Origin: an uncultured Anaerolineales bacterium
Lineage (GTDB): Bacteria; Chloroflexota; Anaerolineae; Anaerolineales; UBA11858
Length of the DNA stretch: 64,000 nt
Assembly: GCA_964457375.1 (NCBI GenBank)
Contig: CAYWFK010000005.1
Coordinates: 14,767 to 78,766, forward strand
Direction: 5' to 3'
Of the stretch, positions 49,069 to 57,118 are shown in pieces. Made by a program: the position numbers and the translations under genes. The notes under the pieces were generated by a model. The model was not told the origin of the DNA. It was given only the letters and a program-made list of their open reading frames with translations, and searched no databases. How positions within the stretch are numbered: position 1 is the first letter of the stretch; each line of letters starts with the position of its first letter.

Positions 49069-49190
49069 GAATGCTCCGATCGCGAATAAGAATAAGTTGT
49101 GATTATACGTCAAAGCAGAGATACGGGGGGATGAACCCGGAAAACGGATTGTGCCGGGTTTTGGCAAACAAAGGAATATATGGTCGGTTG

Positions 49191-49775
49191 CTAATCAGCC
49201 GGGTTGTTCTTGTCCGTTTCGGCCCGGTTTGCAGGCAAGCGAACCCCTTCCAATTCGAGCAGCCACGCTTTGGTTTGCAGGCCGCCAGCGCCTCCGTAAC
49301 CATGCAAGCCCCCGTCCGCCCCGATGACCCTGTGGCAGGGAATCACCAAAGGCATCGGATTCGTCGCTTGTGCCCTGCCCACCGCCCGCGCCGCCCGCGG
49401 GTTGCCGACTGCCGCGGCAATTTCCCCGTAGGAGCGTGTCTCTCCACGCGGAATAGCACAAGTGGCACGCAGCACTTTTTCCTGAAACGGTGTCATCACC
49501 GACCAGTCGATTTCGATATCGAATTGCTTGCGTTCCCCCTGCAAATATGCCGCGAGCTGGCTTCTCGCCTCCGCTGTACGCCCCTCATCCGGAAACACCT
49601 GCGCAGACCAGCGTTCCGCCAGCATTCGGGCAAATGCCTGCCCGGTCGTATGTATTTTCACTGCGGCTAGTCCCTTTTCCCCCACAGCCACCCAGACTTC
49701 CCCCAAACGGTCATGGGCTATCTTCCCGATAAAAAGTACCCTTTGTCCGGCCATCATCTCACCACTTTCGAACAA
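49191..49775 (-). CDS. ogt: Methylated-DNA--protein-cysteine S-methyltransferase
   Basis: Active site PCHRVIG and the SYGEIA...GNPRAARAVG helix-turn-helix region. Confidence 0.9.
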   Translation of the reverse strand: MFESGEMMAGQRVLFIGKIAHDRLGEVWVAVGEKGLAAVKIHTTGQAFARMLAERWSAQVFPDEGRTAEARSQLAAYLQGERKQFDIEIDWSVMTPFQEKVLRATCAIPRGETRSYGEIAAAVGNPRAARAVGRAQATNPMPLVIPCHRVIGADGGLHGYGGAGGLQTKAWLLELEGVRLPANRAETDKNNPAD

Positions 49776-49778
49776 ATG

Positions 49779-50705
49779 CTAATAATTCGTAAGCATATCG
49801 ATCATACCGCGTTCTCTTGCCCGGTATTCCATCCGGTGAAAGACAACCACCGCAAGGATGGTGAAAACCAGTGTAAGACCGGTCAAAATGCCCAGCAGCT
49901 GTAAATCACTAAACACAGCCAGCGTCGGAAACGCCTGTGCCACACTCCCCACCAAAGAACGCCGCAGCAATTCCAGCCAATATGTAATCGGCATCAAATA
50001 CCCAAACGGACGTAAAAACTTCGGCAACACATCCAAAGGAAAGACAGCACCGCTGAACAGGAACAGCGCACCGGCAACAGCTTCACCAATCGACCAGACA
50101 TGATTGGCAATCACCAGAGTCACCCCGGCAAGCATCAGCCCCATCATCGAAAGCATCACGACCCCAATCATCAGGGAAACGAAAAACAATCCCCAATTCA
50201 CTGTTGCGGGGTCAATATGAACATGCAAAAACGCGGTTCCGAATAAAACCGTAATCAAAACGGCAATACTCCCGACAATGAACTGGGATACACCGCGCCC
50301 CAGCAAATACGTAGGCATATGAATCGGTGCAATATACATATATTTGAGCGTCTTGTAATGTTCACGGTCATCGATAACCGCCCATGAAATCCCCGTCATC
50401 ACCTCACCGACATAAATATAGAATGCATTCCCCAAATAAATATAAGCAAACATGGGGGAATCATAGGCACCATGAGTAACCACAGAATACATGACCACCA
50501 GAATTGCCGCACCGGCGAGGGGTTTGATGATCGAATAAATCGCAAACAGAAAAGGATCCGTCCAGTTCGATTCGATTTGCCACCCCAGCCATGCCGCCAT
50601 ACGAAACGAACGGACAAAGGTACGCCAATCGGGCATTGATTTCAGGATGGAAAGGACGAACGAACGTTTCCCTTGTTCCTGTAAAAGGTTCTCGTCACGC
50701 TTCAT
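49779..50705 (-). CDS. ABC-2 type transporter permease
   Basis: Start refined to the ATG at 50705. 6 TM helices. Follows the paralogous permease by 8 nt. Confidence 0.8.
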   Translation of the reverse strand: MKRDENLLQEQGKRSFVLSILKSMPDWRTFVRSFRMAAWLGWQIESNWTDPFLFAIYSIIKPLAGAAILVVMYSVVTHGAYDSPMFAYIYLGNAFYIYVGEVMTGISWAVIDDREHYKTLKYMYIAPIHMPTYLLGRGVSQFIVGSIAVLITVLFGTAFLHVHIDPATVNWGLFFVSLMIGVVMLSMMGLMLAGVTLVIANHVWSIGEAVAGALFLFSGAVFPLDVLPKFLRPFGYLMPITYWLELLRRSLVGSVAQAFPTLAVFSDLQLLGILTGLTLVFTILAVVVFHRMEYRARERGMIDMLTNY

Positions 50706-50713
50706 TTTCTCGC

Positions 50714-51565
50714 TCACCGCCGATTCTCCGTCAGACGCCCTTCCCGTATTGCCAGTTTTTCCATGGTCGCAAGCAGGTATTTTGCCGCGAAAAGAAACAC
50801 GAAGCACAACCCGGCAAGGATTTTCATTTCCAGCGCTACGGACAAAAACCCCAGCGTCTCTTTACCGGCAAAAACAAGCTGGCGCATCGCATCCAGCCCC
50901 AAAGTGAGCGGGATGACCGACGCCCCTGCTGCAATCCAAAAATCGAAATTCCGAACCGGAAAATAAAACCCGGAAAGCAGATAAACCGGCTCCTGTGCCA
51001 GGTTCGAAAGATGCCACGCCTCCCTGCTGAGCAGCAGGAAAACCGAAGCAAACATCATCCCCATCCCGTACAGCGCAACCATCGTCAAAACGAACACAAG
51101 AAACAGCTGCCAAAAGCTCGTAAACACATACGAAACCTGGAAGAGCCAGCTTCCCAACAAAGTAATCACCAATGCCCTCAACGTTGTTGCCAACAAGCCC
51201 CCCACAGCCATCCCCAAGAGAACAGCCATCAACGAGTTTGGTGCAATGATGAAAAGCGCCAGGTTTCCCTGCTCTTTTTCCCAATACAACTGGCTGGACA
51301 TACTCCACAGAATATTCATCCAGAATGCTGTCATTGCTCCCCCCATCACCACAAAACCGATGTATTCTTCCGGTGCGTGAATAGCCCGGTAGACAAACAC
51401 ATAAGACGCAACGGCAGTCATTGGCAAGACGACATCGAAGAACAGCCAGGATTTCTCCCGCTGCTGGGCAACGATTCTGGGGTACGCTCTTGCCCAAACG
51501 GTTTGCAGGAACAAGCGCAAACCGGTGTTCTTCCGGAAAGTATCCATGCGTTCGGTTTCACTCAT
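50714..51565 (-). CDS. ABC-2 type transporter permease
   Basis: Start refined to the ATG at 51565, which overlaps the ATPase stop (ATGAGTGA, 8-nt overlap). 6 TM helices. Confidence 0.8.
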   Translation of the reverse strand: MSETERMDTFRKNTGLRLFLQTVWARAYPRIVAQQREKSWLFFDVVLPMTAVASYVFVYRAIHAPEEYIGFVVMGGAMTAFWMNILWSMSSQLYWEKEQGNLALFIIAPNSLMAVLLGMAVGGLLATTLRALVITLLGSWLFQVSYVFTSFWQLFLVFVLTMVALYGMGMMFASVFLLLSREAWHLSNLAQEPVYLLSGFYFPVRNFDFWIAAGASVIPLTLGLDAMRQLVFAGKETLGFLSVALEMKILAGLCFVFLFAAKYLLATMEKLAIREGRLTENRR

Positions 51566-52562
51566 CGCTGCGTTCAATCTCATCCATACTTTGACCAACC
51601 AGATGCACAAACACATCTTCCAGCGTTGGTTCCCGCTTTTCCAGATTGAGAATGTGGATATTGTTCTTCGTCATCAGGTTGACAACCCCGCCGAGAACGT
51701 CATCATCCTCCAAAATCAACCCAAGCTTCGAAACGCCATCCATGGGTGTATGCGAAACGCTGCGCACTCCCGGCAATGCTTCGAAGCGGTCGGCCGGCAA
51801 ATCATTCAGCGGGCTGACTTCCATACGATAGATGACATCCTGTTGTAATTGATGTTTCAGTTTTGCCGGAGTATCGCACGCGAGCACGCGTCCGCGGTTG
51901 ATGATTGCCACCCGGTCGCAAAGTTCATCCGCTTCCGTCATGTAATGCGTCGTCAGCAGCAAAGTTCGCTTCGGGTTTTCATCGACCCAGCTGCGGATGA
52001 ATTTGCGCACATCGCGCGAAGCGCTGACATCAAGGCCAAGCGTCGGTTCATCGAGAAACAACACGTTCGGGTCTGTCAGAAAACCGCGCACAATGTTCAT
52101 TTTCTGTCTCAATCCGGTCGAAAGATCCGAAGATTTGGTGTTCATCCTGTCTCGCAGCCCGACGATTGCCAGCAGCTCCTCGATCCGCCGATTGGCAACT
52201 TTGGACGGAATGCCGTAGAATTGCGAAAACATCCACAGGTTTTCACGCACAGTCAACAGCCCGTAACCGGAAGTTTCGCCGCCGGAAACCATATTGATGC
52301 GCCGGCGCACCTGAACGGCATCCCTGGCAACATCCAGACCCATTACCATGGCCCTGCCGGAAGTAGGTGCCAGCAAAGTCGTCAGGATTTTTATCAGGGT
52401 AGTTTTCCCTGCACCATTCGGGCCCAGCAGCCCAAACAATTCACCTTGCCTGACCTCCAAGTCGACCTTCCGCAAAGCAACAAGCTGCTTCGGGTCTTTT
52501 TTCTTGCCATTGCGCAAGGTGTAGATTCTGCCGAGTTTTTCTGTTTTTATTGCAAGATTCAT
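51558..52562 (-). CDS. ABC transporter ATP-binding protein (DrrA-like)
   Basis: Start refined to the ATG at 52562. Walker A GPNGAGKTT, signature LSTGLRQ, Walker B LFLDEPT. Confidence 0.9.
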   Translation of the reverse strand: MNLAIKTEKLGRIYTLRNGKKKDPKQLVALRKVDLEVRQGELFGLLGPNGAGKTTLIKILTTLLAPTSGRAMVMGLDVARDAVQVRRRINMVSGGETSGYGLLTVRENLWMFSQFYGIPSKVANRRIEELLAIVGLRDRMNTKSSDLSTGLRQKMNIVRGFLTDPNVLFLDEPTLGLDVSASRDVRKFIRSWVDENPKRTLLLTTHYMTEADELCDRVAIINRGRVLACDTPAKLKHQLQQDVIYRMEVSPLNDLPADRFEALPGVRSVSHTPMDGVSKLGLILEDDDVLGGVVNLMTKNNIHILNLEKREPTLEDVFVHLVGQSMDEIERSDE

Positions 52563-52992
52563 AGCTTTTTTCACAATTCTTACAAATTTGTTGGGGAAAC
52601 GTAGGTTAAGCGTAGGGTAACCGTCAAGCAACAATACCACACCCTTGGTATGATTAGTATCGAAGGGCGATTTCTCTTCTTCTCCTCCTTAGAGAGAGCT
52701 GGGTGTGGCGAACCCGGCTCTCGCCGATTCAGGGGGAAGTCCGTTTTCACGCTCAACCCGCAATTTCAACTCCTGTTCGTTTGTTCTCAAAAGAACAAGT
52801 ATTATACCACCCGACGCCAAACCGGCAGGGAATCTTAACGTTTCCCGGCAAACTATTAAATTTTCCATTTCTTTAATCACATCCTGAAAACCAGAGGGTA
52901 TAATCAAACAATAATCCGACAGGAAAATCACATACAAAAAAACGGAGTTTTGATACCCCCTGATTACTGGTCATCAAAACGATAGGTTACCC

Positions 52993-55900
52993 ATGTCTTT
53001 CGTCCATCTTCACGTCCACACCGAATACTCTTTGCTGGATGGCTTCAGCAACATCCAGAAGTTGGTCGTACGCGCCAAAGAGATGGAAATGCCTGCTGTC
53101 GCCATCACCGATCACGGCACGATGTTCGGAGTCATCGAGTTTTACAATGCGGCAAAAAAAGAAGGTATCAAACCGCTGATCGGAATCGAAACCTACATGG
53201 CTGCCCGCGGCATGAAAGACAAGGATTCGAAACTCGACAAACGTTCATCCCACCTTCTGCTGATTGCCGAAAACGAAACCGGCTACAAGAACCTGTTGCA
53301 AATCGCTTCGGCCGCCCAGCTGGAAGGGTTTTACTACTACCCGCGCATTGATCATGACTTCCTGGCAAAGCATGCCGAAGGGTTGATTTGCACTTCCGGT
53401 TGCATGTCCGCCGAAATTCCCCGCTCAATTGCCGCAGGGAACATCGACGAAGCCAAACGCAAACTCGACTGGTATTATGAAGTATTCGGACCGGATAATT
53501 TTTTCCTCGAGCTGCAGGAACACGACATTCCGGAACTCACTCAAATCAACAAAACCTTGCTGGAACTCGGAAAAAAGTATCAGGCAAAATTCGTCGCCAC
53601 GAACGATACGCACTACATCAACCCCGAAGACGCAAAATATCAGGATATTCTACTCGCCATACAAACCGGGTCTCTGCTTAGCAGCCAAAAACGGATGAGG
53701 ATGAGCGGAGAAACTTACTACCTGCGCAGTCCGGCAGAAATGGCGCAGATTTTCTCCGAAGTACCGGAATCCATCTCCAACACCCTGCTGATTGCCGAAC
53801 GCTGCAACCTCGACCTGGGTTTCAAAGGGTACCGTCTGCCAAACTTCCCCGTTCCGGAAGGGGAAACCGCCCAAACTTACCTGCGCAAACTTTGCGAGAA
53901 AGGGTTAATCAACCGCTACGGCGCCAAAGCCCAGGATAAAGTCGTCCGGGACCGTCTCGAATACGAACTGGATATCATCCACAAAATGGGGTTCGATGCC
54001 TATTTCCTCATCGTGTGGGATTTGTGCCAGCATGCAAAGCAGGAAGATATCTGGTACAACGCCCGCGGCTCCGCTGCCGGCTCGATTGTCGCTTATACAC
54101 TGGGCATCACGATCGTCGACCCAATCGAACAGGGCTTGATTTTCGAGCGCTTCCTCAACCCCGGCCGTGTATCCATGCCGGATATCGACCTGGACTTCCG
54201 CGATGACCGCCGCGCCGAAATCATGGAATATTGTGCCCGAAAGTACGGCGAAGACAAAGTCGCCCAAATCATCACTTTCGGTACGATGAAAGCCAGAGCC
54301 GCCATTCGCGACGTCGGACGCGTCAAAGATATTCCCCTCTCGGAAGTCGACCGTGTTGCCAAACTAATCCCGAATATTCCCGGCAAACCGGTTACCATAA
54401 CCACGGCACTGAAAGAGGTACCGGAGTTCAAACAGCTTTATGACGAAGCACCCTACCTGCGCGAATTGATCGATACGGCGAAAGCGATGGAAGGCGTCAT
54501 TCGCAACGCCGGCACTCACGCCGCCGGGGTCGTCATCACCGACAAGCCGGCAATCGAATACGTGCCGCTGCACCGACCGACCGGCAACGCCCAGGAAAGC
54601 CCCATCAAAACGGTAACCCAATTCGAAATGTCGATTGTGGACTATCTGGGGCTGCTCAAAGTCGATTTTCTGGGGCTTTCGACACTCACAATCATGGCAA
54701 AAGCCTGCGACCTGATCGAAAAGCGCCATGGCGTCAATTTCAATCTGGAAAACATCCCCGTCGACGATCCGGAAACATACGAACTGCTTGGGCGCGGCGA
54801 AACCGCAGGGGTCTTTCAGGTAGAAGGAACCGGCATGCGCCGCAACCTGGTTGCCATGAAACCCAAAACGCTGGATAACGTCATCGCCATGGTCGCCCTT
54901 TTCCGCCCCGGTCCGATGGATTTCATCCCCAGCTATATCAAACGTATGCGCGGAGAAGAAGAAATCACCTACCGCCATCCCAGCCTTGAACCGATTTTCA
55001 AGGAAACCTATGGTATCCCGATTTATCAGGAACAAATCATGCGGGCAGCGGTTGAGCTTGCCGGCTATTCCGCATCGGATGCAGACTACCTCCGCAAAGC
55101 AGTTGCCAAGAAAAAAGTCAAAGAAATTAAAAAACACCGTATCAAATTCATCGAAGGTGCGGTGAAAAACGGCATTCCAAAGAAAACTGCCGAAGCCATC
55201 TTCGGTGATTGGGAAAAATTCGCCCGCTACGGTTTCAACAAAAGCCACGCAGCCGATTACGGCATGATTGCCGTCCAAACCGCTTACCTCAAAACCCACT
55301 ATCCCGTGGAATATATGACCGCCCTTTTGTCCGTTTCCCAAAACGATACTGACAAAGTTGCCGCGTATGTCGCGGATTGCAGGCATATGGGTATCGAGGT
55401 CCTTCCCCCGGATGTCAACACCAGCGCATGGGATTTCACCATCGAAGATTTTCCCGACAAGAAATCGGGAATCCGCTTCGGGCTTGGTGCCATCAAAAAC
55501 GTCGGCCATGGGCCCGTAAACGAGATACTGAAAGCCCGCGGCGACAAGAAATTTGCAGATCTGAACGATTTTGTGCGCCGTGTCGACCTGCGCAAGGTTG
55601 GCAAGCGCAGCCTCGAATCCATGATCAAAGTCGGAGCGATGGATGCTTTTGGTCCCCGTCATGCCATGCTTCAGATTATCGACAGGCTCAGTGCCATTTC
55701 ATCCGCCCACTTCAAAGCCAAGGAAAACGGGCAAATGTCACTTTTTGGCCCGCAAACCGGCCTTGTCGCCAAAATACGTCTTCCCGAAACATCTTCGGAT
55801 ATTTCCCAGCGGGAACAGCTGACCTGGGAGCGCGAACTCATCGGGCTGTATATTTCCGGGCACCCTCTCGACCCAATCATGGATGCCATTACCCAAAACG

Positions 55901-57042
55901 TATCCCATTTTGCCAACGACCTCAAAGAAGCCGAACACAATCAGAGCGTCCGTGTCGCCGGAATGATTACCCGCATTCGCCATCACACCACGAAAAAAGG
56001 TGACCCCATGGGCTTCGTAAGTCTCGAAGACCCTCAGGGCATCATCGAACTTTTGGTTTTTCCGCGTGCGTGGAAACAATACGGCAACCTGATGCAGTTC
56101 GACAACATCGTTCTGGTCGAAGGCAGGGTAAACACCAAAGACAAAGAACCCAAAGTCATTGTCGAAAAAGTCAGCACGACACTCAAACTCGTGGTGCCGC
56201 TCGAAGAAACCGGCAACCCGAATGCTGCAAGCAGCAAAGCCCCCAAAGAATCATCCATGACCAACCGCCATCAGGAAGCCCCTCCGGCAACCCGGGAAAC
56301 ACCCCCGAAAGCGCCACAAAACAGCGTAACACCTGCCGCGCCACAGCATGCCGTCAACCCCGGCACACCGGCATCGGATGACACCGGTGACATCGCAAGC
56401 ATCGACAACGACTGGGAAAACGAAGCGGTTCCCCCGCCGGAACCCTTCCCCGATGGATGGGAAACCACCGTATCCCCCCCGCCCTACACCGCCAAAGCCG
56501 CCCCTGCAAAAGAGCCGGCAGACGCATCCGAAAGGGAAACCAAAGCCAAACCGGAAAATGACGCACCAGCTGTAACCGACCCTGCTGACCAGCACGCCGC
56601 TGACCAGCACGCCGCTGACACGGCATACCAGCCTCCGGCTGCAAGCAGCAGTGCAGAGAAAACAATTCGGGAAGAAAATACCGAAATGCCGCCACAGGCT
56701 ATCACACCGTCATCCAATCCGGCAAACAAACCGGTAGTGCTGCCAGGTTACTTCAACCCGGCACAGGCACCTGCCGAAAACGATGGTATTCACATGATTA
56801 CCATCATTCTGCGTCCAACCATCGACCTCGTGCGCGACAAACTCCGTCTGAGACAGCTCTTCGGTATTCTAATCAGCTACCCGGGAAACGACCGCTTTGC
56901 TTTTCAGATTTTCGAGGGTGGACGCGGGCATTTGCTCGAATTCCCTAACTTCACCACAGGGCTGAATCCCGAATTACTCTCCCAGATAAGACGCATCGTC
57001 GGTACAGACAACGTCCGCATAGAAACAATCACTTTTCAATAA
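52993..57042 (+). CDS. dnaE: DNA polymerase III subunit alpha
   Basis: 1349 aa. PHP domain (FVHLHVHTEYSLLDG), polymerase core, HhH and OB fold. A long Pro/Ala/Thr-rich linker precedes the final roughly 85-aa domain. Confidence 0.95.
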   Translation: MSFVHLHVHTEYSLLDGFSNIQKLVVRAKEMEMPAVAITDHGTMFGVIEFYNAAKKEGIKPLIGIETYMAARGMKDKDSKLDKRSSHLLLIAENETGYKNLLQIASAAQLEGFYYYPRIDHDFLAKHAEGLICTSGCMSAEIPRSIAAGNIDEAKRKLDWYYEVFGPDNFFLELQEHDIPELTQINKTLLELGKKYQAKFVATNDTHYINPEDAKYQDILLAIQTGSLLSSQKRMRMSGETYYLRSPAEMAQIFSEVPESISNTLLIAERCNLDLGFKGYRLPNFPVPEGETAQTYLRKLCEKGLINRYGAKAQDKVVRDRLEYELDIIHKMGFDAYFLIVWDLCQHAKQEDIWYNARGSAAGSIVAYTLGITIVDPIEQGLIFERFLNPGRVSMPDIDLDFRDDRRAEIMEYCARKYGEDKVAQIITFGTMKARAAIRDVGRVKDIPLSEVDRVAKLIPNIPGKPVTITTALKEVPEFKQLYDEAPYLRELIDTAKAMEGVIRNAGTHAAGVVITDKPAIEYVPLHRPTGNAQESPIKTVTQFEMSIVDYLGLLKVDFLGLSTLTIMAKACDLIEKRHGVNFNLENIPVDDPETYELLGRGETAGVFQVEGTGMRRNLVAMKPKTLDNVIAMVALFRPGPMDFIPSYIKRMRGEEEITYRHPSLEPIFKETYGIPIYQEQIMRAAVELAGYSASDADYLRKAVAKKKVKEIKKHRIKFIEGAVKNGIPKKTAEAIFGDWEKFARYGFNKSHAADYGMIAVQTAYLKTHYPVEYMTALLSVSQNDTDKVAAYVADCRHMGIEVLPPDVNTSAWDFTIEDFPDKKSGIRFGLGAIKNVGHGPVNEILKARGDKKFADLNDFVRRVDLRKVGKRSLESMIKVGAMDAFGPRHAMLQIIDRLSAISSAHFKAKENGQMSLFGPQTGLVAKIRLPETSSDISQREQLTWERELIGLYISGHPLDPIMDAITQNVSHFANDLKEAEHNQSVRVAGMITRIRHHTTKKGDPMGFVSLEDPQGIIELLVFPRAWKQYGNLMQFDNIVLVEGRVNTKDKEPKVIVEKVSTTLKLVVPLEETGNPNAASSKAPKESSMTNRHQEAPPATRETPPKAPQNSVTPAAPQHAVNPGTPASDDTGDIASIDNDWENEAVPPPEPFPDGWETTVSPPPYTAKAAPAKEPADASERETKAKPENDAPAVTDPADQHAADQHAADTAYQPPAASSSAEKTIREENTEMPPQAITPSSNPANKPVVLPGYFNPAQAPAENDGIHMITIILRPTIDLVRDKLRLRQLFGILISYPGNDRFAFQIFEGGRGHLLEFPNFTTGLNPELLSQIRRIVGTDNVRIETITFQ
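56584..56619 (+). repeat. 15-nt tandem repeat (GCTGACCAGCACGCC x2.4) inside the dnaE linker
   Basis: Direct read: two exact 15-nt units plus 6 nt of a third, encoding ADQHA-ADQHA-AD. Confidence 0.85.
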
Positions 57043-57055
57043 ACGCCAACCCCAC

Positions 57056-57093
57056 AAAAAAAAGCAAACAGCAAATGGAAAACTGTTTGCTTT
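57056..57093. terminator. Bidirectional terminator between convergent dnaE and pfk
   Basis: 9-bp stem AGCAAACAG/CTGTTTGCT. An A8 tract lies upstream (a strong U-tract for the minus-strand pfk transcript) and TTTG lies downstream. Confidence 0.75.
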
Positions 57094-57118
57094 GAAAAAA
57101 ATTTCGTAACCGAAGTTG

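Noticed and set aside
52700-52745. GAACCCGGCUCU and GGGGAAGUCCG resemble RNase P RNA CR-V and CR-I. On the other strand, GGCGA...UUCGCC resembles the fluoride riboswitch P1.
   Set aside because: The order and spacing of the two RNase P-like boxes are wrong (they are adjacent, with CR-V before CR-I), and the region is too short. The fluoride-riboswitch core (GAUGG, CUGAUGAU.CCUAC) is absent, and the downstream genes are not crcB-type.
52774-52798. TGTTC/GAACA repeats considered as a LexA (SOS) box between dnaE and the ABC-ogt operon.
   Set aside because: The geometry is GTTC-N6-GAAC plus GTTC-N4-GTTC. It matches neither the GAAC-N4-GTTC Cheo box nor the alpha-proteobacterial GTTC-N7-GTTC. It is kept only as part of a low-interest finding.
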